A DNA stretch of 64,000 nt, from the NCBI RefSeq assembly GCF_000315625.1, contig NW_005434628.1, positions 32,495-96,494 of the forward strand, read 5' to 3'. Positions 39,671 to 52,067 of the stretch are shown piece after piece (the stretch's first letter is position 1; every line of letters starts with the position of its first letter). Made by a program: the position numbers and the translations under genes. The notes beneath the pieces were generated by a model. It saw nothing but the letters and a program-made list of their open reading frames with translations. It had not been told where the DNA came from and ran no database searches. The stretch comes from Guillardia theta CCMP2712 (lineage: Eukaryota; Protista; Cryptophyta).

Positions 39671-42600
39671 ATGGATCCGACACAGCCAAAGCCTCAACTC
39701 AAGGTCAAGGAGGTGAGCAAGCTGGACTGCGAGAGTTGCTCCATCTAGCGGCAAGAGGGTGATGACGGGCGCGGACAGGTCATCGGGGCGCTATGCAAGA
39801 AAATCTTTCAGGAGATAGAGAAGGTCAACCCACAACAAGCGCAGCTCTTCAAGAGAGAAGTCCTGACAGGGGGGAAGACTGACATACAACAGGTAGTGAC
39901 TGGTTGATGTTCTGATGGGGTTCATTGATTCCTCTGCCATGCCACAGTACTTGCAATTGGCGGACCAGTACGTTGAGCGATATGCAATGCACATGGCCCC
40001 CGACGTAGAATCAGTCAGGGTCAAATATGGCGTCTCGAGACAAGCTCGAGTTTCTCAATCGGGAACGGGTACATCCATCCGAATCGTGACATGATCCTTT
40101 GACAGAGCTTGTAGGAAATGCTTCCAACCCAAGTGCGCCCAGCAATCAGGTAAATGATACGATCTGACAGTTGCTGCTATTCGAGAGCATCTCACATGTT
40201 GTCAGGTCCCAATGTCCAACCAAGCATCGCATCATGGTTCAGCGACCTACGGCTCAACTCATGCGAGCCATCAAGGCAGCGCTGCTCTCCCTGGCAGGTT
40301 GTATCTTCAAGCTCGTCTCTGCATCATTACGTTGACTTGCTCTCAAGCTCGACGAGAAGCGACTCCATCCATCGCTTTCAGCAGCCCGTCCCCAGCCAGC
40401 AGGTGCCGACACCTTATGGCTCCAATAGCACGGGGCTACAACAGCAAAGTACCGCCCAGCAACGAAGCTCCGTACAGCCAGGGACCATGCAACCAGGGGC
40501 CATGCAGCCGGGAAACATGCATCGAAGCTCTGTACCGCAAGGGGGGGGGCAGCAGGGAAATGTGCAGCAAGGAGGGATGCAGAGAAGCTCTGTACCCCAG
40601 GGAGGGATACAGCAGGGGGTTGTACAACAAGGGGGTATACAGCAGGGGAGCTTGCAGCAGGGGGTTATACAGAGAAGCTCTGTACCCCAGGGAGGGATAC
40701 AGCAGGGGGTTGTACAACAAGGGGGTATACAGCAGGGGAGCTTGCAGCAGGGGGTTATACAGAGAAGCTCTGTACCCCAGGGTGGGGTGCAGCAGGGAAC
40801 TATGCGAGGGTCGTTGCCTCAGACTTCGTCAGGTTCACTTCCGATGCAAAATCCGAGCGGAGCGAATCAAGGAGCCAGTAAGCAGTCAGACTCGACGACG
40901 TCAACCTGATATTCTTGTTTGCCCACCAGGTGCTCCATCCTCCTACACCTCCGCCTCGAACATGCCAAGTGTAAATCGAGGAGCTGTGCCAGTCACTCAA
41001 ACTCCAGTGCCTGGCAGTGGCAGTGTGGCTCCTGGGGCTCTGCCTGCTGCACCTGGTGGGGTTGCTCGGACTATGCCAGTGAGCTACAACACGACCAGCC
41101 CGTCAACTTCGTTGAGCTCCTCGTATGACTCGACCGCCATCGGCTTGATGTCGACTGTCGGCATCCAAAAGCCGGTAGGCGGCAGCACGTGCACTCGTCA
41201 GGTCTGACAAGGTCAAACCAGGGAACGGCGACGGTGAAGAGCACAGACTGTAAAGCTTGCAAGGGAAAACACGTCAAGTGATGCATCGATAGGAGCGGAT
41301 GTGTAAGCTCCTCTAACGCACTGCAGGCACACGTGCTCGAAGGCGAAGCCGATCTCAGATTCCAACCGCAAGCCGGGGCAGGAGTATGGCACCGGCAGCT
41401 CTCCTGGCAGCGCGTCGTCTCCCGCCCCCATGCCGCTTCCCAGCAGCTCGACGAGCCATATGGGGCTGACAGGACAGATGGACGTGTTGGGCAAGCGGAC
41501 CAGAGATGGGGACTACGAGGATCCGATGCAAGTGAAGCGCGTGAAACCTGACGGGATGACCGCACAGCCTCACGACAGCAACACGATCTACAAGGACCAG
41601 GTAGCTCCCCTGAGACCCTTGACCCTCAGTCGCTGACCCTCGTCCTGCAGTTGCATGCGAAGATGCAGCAGGTCGAAGAGGAAAGGATGGTGCGAAGGGT
41701 CTGACCAGCTGCCAGATTTTCAAAGCGAGGAAGAAGCAGCAGGAAGACGATCTGTCCAGCAAGAAGACCAAGTCATCTCCTGCTCTGACGTCGGCATGTC
41801 CTGAAATGTTTCAAGGTGTGAGGTCTGTCAATCGTCCTTTCCCCATAAGGCTACCGATCATCAGTTCAAGAAAGGTGAACCCTGCGCTTGCCTGCCACCT
41901 CTCATGTACTGCAGCTGGGGTTGTGCTGTTGGAGTCCATCGAACAGCAAGCATACTACTGTATGCGATATGCCTGCGAGCAGCGAGTCAAACACGTGCGA
42001 GCTGAGCTGAGGAAGGGGGATACATGACAGGGTGTCAGGTCCTGAGCCACCTCATGTCCATCTCGAGGAATCGATTCGATCAGGTGGACTTGAGCTGGGC
42101 CTGTCGCTCTCGTCAACCGCCTTTTGATCGTTCTACAGCTGAGAAACAACAAGGCGAATCTCACAGGGATGGTGCGCGAGCAGGACGTCAAGGAACAAGC
42201 GAAGTATCGCGACATCGATGGACGTCGTTGCCGGCTGAGCGCTGACGTGATGGTGCTTCAGGCAGTTGCTGAAGCAACTTGAGATGCAAGAGGAGTCGAA
42301 GAAGCAGGAGCAGGTGAACTTGTTGCATGCAAGGCGCGCGGCTGACCACGAGCAGAGCAAGAAGGATCAGAACTTTCACAGCCTGGCCAACCAGACAGCT
42401 CTCCTGGCCGGTAGCTGGACGAGCATGCCGGCTCATTGTTGAGTGTGTTTGCCAGTCGGAAGGGCTGGAGGGTCAGCGGGAGGAGGCACGAGCGTGTCCA
42501 ACGCGGTGAGGAGGATCGAGCTGCGAGACATCCTCCACCTCCTAGAGCGCGAGGTCAGCTGATCCCCAGCTGCCCCCGAGCTCTCAGCTGACCAATCGCA

Positions 42601-42694
42601 GTCGAGGCTGCGGAAGTCGCACATCATGTATAGGGCGTACATGCGCTTCCACGAGGATCACATGCGGCGGATCGCAGCCAACGCGAACGCGTAA
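39671..42694 (+). CDS. TAF4: TFIID subunit TAF4-like protein with Q/G-rich repeats, multi-exon
   Basis: Spliced C-terminus has ACEQRVKH|VLSHLMSISRNR (histone fold) and ANQTALLA...VRRIELRDILHLLERE|SRLRKSHIMYRAY (TAF4 conserved C-terminal domain). Confidence 0.7.
40575..40800. repeat. 15/75-bp coding repeats (QRSSVPQGGIQQGVVQQGGIQQGSL)
   Basis: Direct repeats within the TAF4-like exon. Confidence 0.85.
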
Positions 42695-42821
42695 GAGGCC
42701 CTGAGGCAACCGTGCGGGGAGTGACGTGCTTGAGGCAGGAACCGGAATTGAAGGAGGAGGAGGAGGAGGAGGAGGAGGAGGAGGAAAGATGGAGGGGATG
42801 TTTTAAGAAAGAGAGCGACGT

Positions 42822-45137
42822 TCACAAGTAGCTGCAGCCATGGCTCATAAGTCGATTTCGCTGCTCCTTGTGTTGGTCAAACTCTCCAAGAGATCCTGTC
42901 AACACATCAGCTCCTCTCCTCCCACACTCTCCTCCTCCTCCTCCTCCCGCTCCCTCTTCCCCTCCCTCTTTCTCACATGGGCAAACTGCACAGAGTCGGG
43001 AGTTCCGATAAGATGAACCTGCAAAATGGAGGAGAGTTTGAGAGGGAGGAGGAGGAGGCACGATGGATGTAGCGGCCAGCTGTGTGCGCGGCAAGCAGCA
43101 CAGGTGGAACCAAAACAAGGAGCGTGGAGCAGACTAAGAGAGGAGGAGGAGGAGAGGGGTGGGGGTGGGGGGTTGAGGTAATGAAAGGAGGAGGATGGTG
43201 ATGACCTCGCTGTTTCGGAGGATGATGAGCGAAAGCGAGGCCTGCGATGCTCCTTCACTTGCAGGAGGGAGGGAGAGAAGGGAGTAGACCTTCTTTCCTA
43301 TTGCCGGGAGGATCTCGGACAACGCGTCGACCTCCTCCTCCTTCAGCGGAAAGATCGCTCTCATCTCGTCCTCGTCCTCGCTCTTTTGCTCCCCAGCATC
43401 TCCTCCCTCCCTTCTAGTGCCTTCCACGCTGCTGCCTCCTTGTTGGCGTCGAATCTGCTGCTGGGATGAAGGAGGTCGACCTTTGCCCCCGCAGCTCCTC
43501 GTCCATCGTTTCCTCCCTCCAGGCCCTCGAGTCACTCTACCAGAGTGAGAGGAAGCAGAGAGAGAGACTTGCTCCTCCTCCCTCCTCTCCTCCTCTCTGA
43601 TCCTCTAAGTCTGCATGGAGAATGTGAGGCCAGGGGAAGGAAGAGGGAGAGAGAAGGAAGTAGGAGAAGTAGGGAAGAGGGGGAGGTAGGGAGAGGGAGG
43701 AGGCAGGAACGATGAGGGGGAGGTAGGAAGAAGAAGGGAAAGGTAGGGAGGAGCAAACAGGAGAGGGTAGGGAAGGAGGAGAAGGTAGAAACGGGGGGAG
43801 AAGAAGGAGAGGAAAGAGTAGAGGGGCGGAGGGAGGAGGAAAGGTAACGGACCTTGCTCTGTCACAGCAGGAGCAGGAGGGGCGGCAGGACGTCGTACTG
43901 CATGGCTAGAAGTCTCAGCCTGAGCTGGTCGGCTCTCCGAGGAGAGGTGCTCGTGGCTGCAGCAGTATAAGGAGAAGTGAAAAGGAGGAGGGGGAGAGGA
44001 GGAATGGAGCAGTAGAGCTAGGGAGGAGAGGCAGGAAGGAAGAGACCTTGTGGCGAGGGAATGGGATGGAGGAGGAGGAGGTTGAGATTTCTGCTTCCTG
44101 GGCCCAGTACACCCAAATATGTGCTTGATACCTGCAGCAGAGAAGTAAAGGAGGAGACGAGGAGGAAACAGTCAGGAGAGATGGGGTGGTGGTGATGATG
44201 ATCTGTTGGGGTGGGGAGGGGAGGGAGCACGAGGAAGGAGGTGGGAGGGAGGAGGAGGGGTTGGGAGGGAGGAGGAGAACGCTACCAGTCTTGGCCGATG
44301 AGAAAATAGTTTTGAAGGAGCTGGACCTGTTGGCTGTGGACTGTGCCGGGAGGAAGAAGGTCAGAAGATACGTGGGGGAGAGGAGGGAGGGAAGGGCAAT
44401 GGATGGGGGGTGACCAAGACGTCTCAGCTTCAACAGACCTCAGCTTGCTGCTGCTGCTGCTGCTGCTGCTTGTTCTTCTCTTCTTCTCCTCGTCGTCTAG
44501 CGAACATTAATTACTCGAGGAGTTGACCACTCGAAGGAGTTTACGACGAGGAAGGCAGTTGTTTCTCCTCTTCCTCTCCCTCCAGCTTCAGATGATCTCG
44601 ACCAATCCATCCAAGCGAGTGATCTTTCTCTACCAACACCTAGCACAAGTTTATCCTCTTCCGTCATCCTCTTCCCAAACTCCCCCCCCCCCCCCCGTCA
44701 TTCCTCCTCCTCCTCCTCCTCCTCCTCCTCCTCCTCCTCTCCATCCTCGGCTGATGACCTGATAGCACGAGGATTCTTCATCGAACGCCTTCACCACTCC
44801 AGTGCTGGAATGAGATGAGCGCGCGGAAGAGGAGGAGAACAGGGAAAGAGGGAGCAGATGGTACAGTGGTAAGTACAGGGAGATATGAAGAGGACAGATG
44901 AAAGTGGAGGAGGAGCAGAGCGAGAAGAGAGAGTAGCAAGGGAGGGAGGGAGGAGTGAAGGGAGAAGCGATTTCACCATCCGTTGAAGTCGAGATTCTTC
45001 TTCAATCCAAAGATCTTAACTCTCACTCTGTGAGCGGGCGATGAGAAGGAGTAAAGGGAACGAGCAGAATTAATCAGATTGCAGGAGCAGGAGCAGGAGC
45101 GGGAGCGGGAGCGGGAGCGGGAGCGGGAGCGGGAGCG

Positions 45138-45178
<41 letters not shown>

Positions 45179-45221
45179 GGGAGCGGGAGCGGGAGCGGGA
45201 GCGGGAGCGGGAGCGGGAGCG

Positions 45222-45282
<61 letters not shown>

Positions 45283-46653
45283 CGCCTCTAGCTTACCCAT
45301 GGGACAGCCTCTCTTTATCCTTGTCCTGACCTCGCTCTCCTTGCCAATCAGTCGGCCGGGGCACCTATCGAGCAGCAACTTCATTGAAGTTCCCCCTGCC
45401 CCTCTCCTCCTCCTCCTCCTCCTCCTCCCTCCTCCTCCCTCCTCCCTCCTCCTCCTCCTCTTCCTCCTCCCTCCTCCTCCTCCCTCCTCCTCCTCCTCCT
45501 CCTCCTCCCTCCTCCTCCTCCTCCTCCTCCTCCTCCTCCTCCTACCTTCGCCTCCTTCCTCATGTTCCATATCGCGGGAGCGTCCATGTCATCATCCTCC
45601 AGAAGGCAAGCTGCCGACGATCCTCTTCCTGCTGGTGCTCTCCGGCTCTGCTCCATGGGGATCAGCTCAACCAGCGAGCACGCGTTTCTCTTCACCGTGT
45701 CTGCTCGTCCTTTCAACCCTTGCAAGCTCATCTTGACATTCCAATCTCGTCCGTTTGCCCTCATTGCTGCAGTCTCCACCTTTTCACATCGACATCAGCT
45801 CGACATCGGCAGGCAGGACAAGATCAGAAACTGAAGCAAGTCAGCACCTACCTTCGGAGCCTCTCCCTCCTCCGATCGTGCTGGCCGCCTCTTGCCATAC
45901 CTCCCCACATCATTGACGAGATCGTTCGCACCAACCACACCCCTTATTCTTTCCTCCTCCTCGTCCTCCTCCCTCGAGCGACTGCTGAGAGATCCTTCAG
46001 CTCCGTTACTGAGTCTCGAGGCATCGTCGCAGTCCGCATCCTCACTCTCCCTGTTTCGACCTCGAATCACCTCGTCCGTTCCTTGCAACCCAGCAGTGCT
46101 CGTAACTTCGCGCCGGCGAGACCAGCGTTGAACAGGTTTCCTCCGCTCCTCCTCCTCAACAACAGCCGCCTCTCTCCTCGATCGGATCAGAGCGGAAGCT
46201 TCAGCCTTCCTCCTCATCTCAAGATAACGCTCGTAGGACGACACGGAGCTGTGCTGCCTGTCCCAGGCAAACGTTTCCATCTCAAACTTCACGTTCTTCG
46301 GCTGCTCGGCATGGCTCCGACTCGCTTTCTCGTCGCTGCTGGTCGGCTGTCTTGTCGCCTGTTTCCTAGCAAAGTACTTGACACCTCCCTCCTCATCGGA
46401 CTCCGTGTCCTCTAGCTCCTGCCTGTACCCTCAGCCTCCCTGCATTCGTTTCTTCGCGCACCTGGACGAAGGAGGAGAAGTGATTGACCGACGGCCCGCC
46501 GTACAGGCTGCTGACTTCCTTCTCTCGTTCATCCTCAAGCTGCAAGACAGAGGGATCAATGGCGCGGCTTCTGCTCAGCAAGCGAGCACCCACCTCTCTC
46601 AGCTCCTGCTCCAAGTCGAGGATCCTCTGAAAGTGATCCACCTCCGACGCCAT
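42822..46653 (-). CDS. Hypothetical protein, multi-exon, acidic/low-complexity
   Basis: MASEVDHFQRILDLEQELRE... start, a chain of GT-AG introns with CT-rich interiors, ending ...MSHGCSYL*. No family recognised. Confidence 0.5.
45081..45283. repeat. Compound (GAGCAG)n/(GAGCGG)n hexamer satellite
   Basis: Direct tandem repeat. Confidence 0.95.
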
Positions 46654-46834
46654 GCTCAGCGTCTCGCTCCCCTTTGCCTGACACTGACATGAGGGTTGGG
46701 GCATAACACCATACGGGTGAAGAAGGCAACCGATTGAAGCTCTCCTTGAAGCATCGCGTACTGAGCAGACAGAGCGAATCAATCTTCTCTCTTTCTGCTT
46801 CTGCCTGTAAATGTGTGCTGGTCTCCGTCTCACT

Positions 46835-46922
46835 CTCTGTCTCTGTCTCTGTCTCTGTCTCTGTCTCTGTCTCTGTCTCTGTCTCTGTCTCTGTCTCTGT
46901 CTCTGTCTCTGTCTCTGTCTCT
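46835..46922. repeat. (CTCTGT)n microsatellite
   Basis: Direct tandem repeat. Confidence 0.95.
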
Positions 46923-46964
46923 ACTCATCTTCTACGAATTCGCGCAATCTGCCATATCTATTAG

Positions 46965-47415
46965 CGGCGAAACTTTGCAAACTTTCAAAGTTTTCAAACG
47001 CAAACTTTCAGGTCACAGGCTTCGAAAGTTCCGAGTCGCCGCCCGGCCGAGTCTGCGGCTCCGAGGCTCACTGCAGTGACGGTCCTGATTGTCCTCGTAC
47101 TGATTTTTAACTTAACTTTGAGTCGGAGTAAAGAAGAGTCCGGCACAGCCGGGCCTGGCGGCCCGCGGCCTACCGGCGGCGTTAACTTGTTGTCAGAGTA
47201 AACACCGCTACCCGGGCCCGGCTCAGTGGGGCGCCCCAGCTGCCATTGAAGGCTTGCCGGGGGCCCGGCCGGCTGTGACTGATCATCAGATCATCGGATC
47301 ATGTCCCGGATGAATGGCCCGGTCTGAGTCCCGGGGGCAGTGCGACCCGGGCCCGAAGGCTCAGTGACTACCGGCTGATTAAGTTCTTCTTGAGTCCCTC
47401 CGGGCCCAGCTGAAT
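46965..47415. promoter_or_regulatory. AAACTTT boxes plus GC-rich palindrome island between divergent genes
   Basis: GAAACTTTGCAAACTTTCAAAGTTTTCAAACGCAAACTTTC, then a CCGGGCCCGG/TCAGTGA-rich island. Role is inferred from position. Confidence 0.4.
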
Positions 47416-48258
47416 CCACCCCTCGGGTGATGAGGTAATCCAGACCCTATCCGTCCAATTATGACCCTCATTATTACATGCAAAGTACCCTACCATCGCC
47501 AAGGGGGTGGTACCCCTAATCAAGATGGACCCTCTTGTTCAAAAGGCGCTATTCCAAGACCTTCTATGGGAAAAGGGATGGGTGGGTCTCCAAAAATATC
47601 GAGTACCCCTTCTTTTACCACTACTATGAAGAGGGGATAGGGGGTACTATGTCGTTATGGGGGTACTTTATGATGGAGGTGTAGCAAGCTCAAAGTGCGG
47701 TATACGTGGGGGTACTTGAGTCTCAGGTTAATTTTGAAAGGTGGGGTGATAAAAAGTACGGGTAGTTGAGGAAATCATCGGTCTATGTTAGGGTAGGTGA
47801 TGATCAATACCCCCTAATACTACTTCAAAATCATGATTTTAAGTAGGTAGGGTTATTGTCAAATGATGTTCAAAATGAGGATGGTCTCAGGTATGTGGGT
47901 GGGGTAGTGGAAATACAATCTGAAGGTAGGTGGGGAGGAATCAAATCGATGGTGGTGACATGGCGGGATAGAAGGCGGGGGAGAGAGATGGAGAAGGGAT
48001 GGAGAGGAGCGAGATGGAGCTGAGAGAGACTGAACACAGTGTGTTCAAAGCGAACCAGCACCATGTGCGATGAATGCATCCTAATCTGTCATCTTTTCAC
48101 TCTCATTGTTTTCAGTTCCCCCCTGAATGAGAAAATTGGTCAGAGAAAAAGTAGAATCATGTTTCGCACATTTATTTGCTCGCCTCTTCCTTCTTTGCCG
48201 CTCCATCACGCGCCATTTCTTACCCTTCGCTGACACCATTATTCCTGCAGAGCGATAA

Positions 48259-49107
<849 letters not shown>

Positions 49108-49310
49108 GCAGAAGTGAAGCATATTCGAGACAAAAATGTTCAATTCACAAACCTCTCCTACAGGATCCCTAGTTCGTAGCCAATAGTTGGTACGAACCAT
49201 CTCGCGAGACTTTTGGTTTAAGTTGAGATGGAGATATTGGCAACATCATAAGCTTGTTGCTTTCTTGAAATTCATGAATTCGTTGACATACTCTACATGA
49301 GTCAAGCAGA

Positions 49311-50811
49311 TCACATGATCAAACACTTCTTCTCCCCATCAGATCCTTCTTGACCAGCCTGTCGTCATCGTCATCCGCAGGCAGTATGAATCAAACTTTA
49401 GAACCTCGCACTGGAGTATCAGCTTCCGAAAGATCTCCTCGATGTTGGTGTTGAACTTGGCACTGCTCTCAATGAATGGAACGCCCCACTCATCCGCCAG
49501 CCGCTGTCCCTCCTCCGTAGCCACCTCCCTTTCATGGACCAGATCGCTCTTGTTGCCCACCAGCACCTGACCTCATCCATCAGAAGCGGAGAGCAAAGAG
49601 CGCAGAAATTCACATGAGGGATGTTCTCCGTCCCCACAGCATTCAACAGCTTGTCGCGGATGGTGCTGACCATGTCGAAGGACCTCCTCGACACGATGGA
49701 GTACCTGAGGTTAGCCAGGTTCAGCCCCTCCAAACAGACGACAAGTGGAGGGTACATGAGGATGTAGCCGTGGATCCCCATCGCATATCTCGTGTGAAAT
49801 ATTTGATATCTGCGTGCCATAGTGTCACAACCTCTTCCCCCACAGCCGTCAGAGCTCGTCTCACTCGTCCTGCCCTGCCGTGTCCAAAATGTCTGTCTGG
49901 TACTCGATCCCCTGTATCTCGCGTGAGAAGAAACACCAGCTATCAACATCCCCGGACCTTGTGCCGGATCACTTTCTGAAACGTGTTTTCAATCGTCGGG
50001 CTGTACGGCTCTGCAAAGTGACCTTCGGTGAACTGGATAGTGACAGCACTCTTCCCTGCGGCACTCGTGTCAACCTTGCAACCACCGCACCCCATGGATC
50101 TCACCCACTCCCATGAACCCCAGGACTGCAATCTTCCGCTGCAACTTCTGCTTTGTGCTCGAAGAAGCTCCCGACCCGCTCCCCAGGGCATCGGAGAGCT
50201 TCCCACTGCAGCTCCGGTTGGCATCAATGAATGCTCTGAACTCTGGGCTCCCAGCCGCGTTAGGGTCTGCAACCTGCGAAGAGCACCGTGAGCTGGGTGG
50301 AGACAACGAAGAATGGCAGGAGGACTAAACATGACGGGAGGAGCGGTCGAGAGCTCACCAAGTCCTTCAAGTACTGCTGCAAAAAGTTCTTCCTCTCCTC
50401 GACAAACTCGGGCTTCATGTTGCCTCCCATCTTCTTTTGCGGCAGTCGACCGGGGAACGAGGGATTCCTGGACGTCATTGTCGTTCAGCGGAGCACAGAA
50501 TCTCCACCCCTCTCATACCTCTCCTTGATCTTCGCGTCCAGCTCGTGAAACTGTCGATACCTGCGAGCCAGAACGGGTGCAACAAACTCGGTCAGTCTGT
50601 ATGCGCCAGCAGCATGCATCAGAGCACCTCCTCCACACCACCCATGGTCCGATCTCACTGCGTAGCTCCACCTTGTACACAGTGAACTTCTTCCCTCCCT
50701 CCTCCCGCACTTCCGTGCCAGTGATCGTGGCGCTCTGAACTGGGAGACCGAGGGTCAGCGCAGGGAGAAAGTTGGTCATTTCGGCCTCTCACCCCTCGTC
50801 GAGCGCTCCAT
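49311..50811 (-). CDS. RHEB: Rheb GTPase with N-terminal PX domain and C-terminal CaaX (CLIM), multi-exon
   Basis: PX: FTVYKV...VVWRR|YRQFHEL...LPQKK...[13 protein letters not shown]. Rheb: [11 protein letters not shown]|[50 protein letters not shown], and KKCLIM*. Confidence 0.9.
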
Positions 50812-52067
50812 TGGAACAAAGAATACAAGTACTGAAGAATAAGGTGTGAGGCAATCATGCACAGGGCAGCAGCAGTGCGAACAACTCTTGCGATGGGAAC
50901 TAGGACTCCTGGCCTCCGCGCTCACCTTTCCCCTGCAGTCCCTCTTCCTCCTCAACATCGAATGAGATCGACAGCTCAAGCCATCATGCTTGCATCATCT
51001 TTCTCCTGTCTTCATGTTCTATTCTGACCTCTCCCCACATCTCCCTCCCTCCCTCCCTCCCTCCCTCCCTCCCTCCCTCCCTCCTCCAGGTTCATCCGTC
51101 CACTCAGCCATACCTACGCCCTCTACGAGGCAGTACCCCCTTTCCTTCCTCCCACCACCCCCTACTTTTCCCATCCACAGAATTCAAGTACCCACCCATT
51201 CTCATTGACAGTACCCCACCATCAAATATCCCACAACAGCAACTCAAATGGACCGGTATCTCTGATACCTCCTTGAAATCATCCTGAGGTGAGCTCACTC
51301 TGTGGAGGTGTCCGTTGAAGACCACCCCACCCCCCAGTCTCCCAGTCAACCACGAATGAGGTCTGGACAGCTTCAGATGGAAGCAGAGTGTCTTGGGGTC
51401 ATGTGGAAAAGGGGGGTACTGAAACGTATAAGATGGGGTGGTATTGATGAGTCGGGGGTGCCTGCGGCTGCGACTCGTGGGGTGGACTGTGGGCTGGGAT
51501 GTAGGAAAATGCTGATTAGAGGGGGGTAGTTTGTAGGGAAATGGAGGGGTGGAAAAGGTGTATTTAGGGGGTAGGGGTATTGGCGATGAAGCATGCAGAG
51601 GGGGGAAAGATTGCAAATATGGTTGAAAGCGACGAGGGCTAGGAGGAGGAGGAGGAGGAGGAGGAGGAGGAGGAGGATATGAATGGAGAAGGGCGGGGGA
51701 AGAGGGAGGGAGGATCAGGAAACGATCATGGATTCAGTGATTCCATCTTGGACGAAGAGTTGAATATTTTCATCGAAATGAGTCTGATCAGAGGTCTTTC
51801 CTGGGAGTAAGAGAGTAATAAGACAATGGATGAGAGACAACAGGGAATTTTGAGAAGATGAATAGGAAGACAAGACAGAGTTGAAGTCAGAGACAAGAAG
51901 AAGGCTTGATTGCCTCGATGTGTGCTCTTCTTCCGATGATATCAAACTAACGCTGTTGTGCAGGTCCTGACATTCTGGAGCGATTAGGTTCTCGTGTCCC
52001 TGCCATGAATGCCTGAACGTGCCATGGTCATGCGATCGCAAAGAAGACATCCCATGGCTGCAGATGG

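Noticed and set aside
45070-46415. Poly-L/P/S/E ORFs
   Set aside because: Translations of microsatellites or the antisense of the minus-strand gene.
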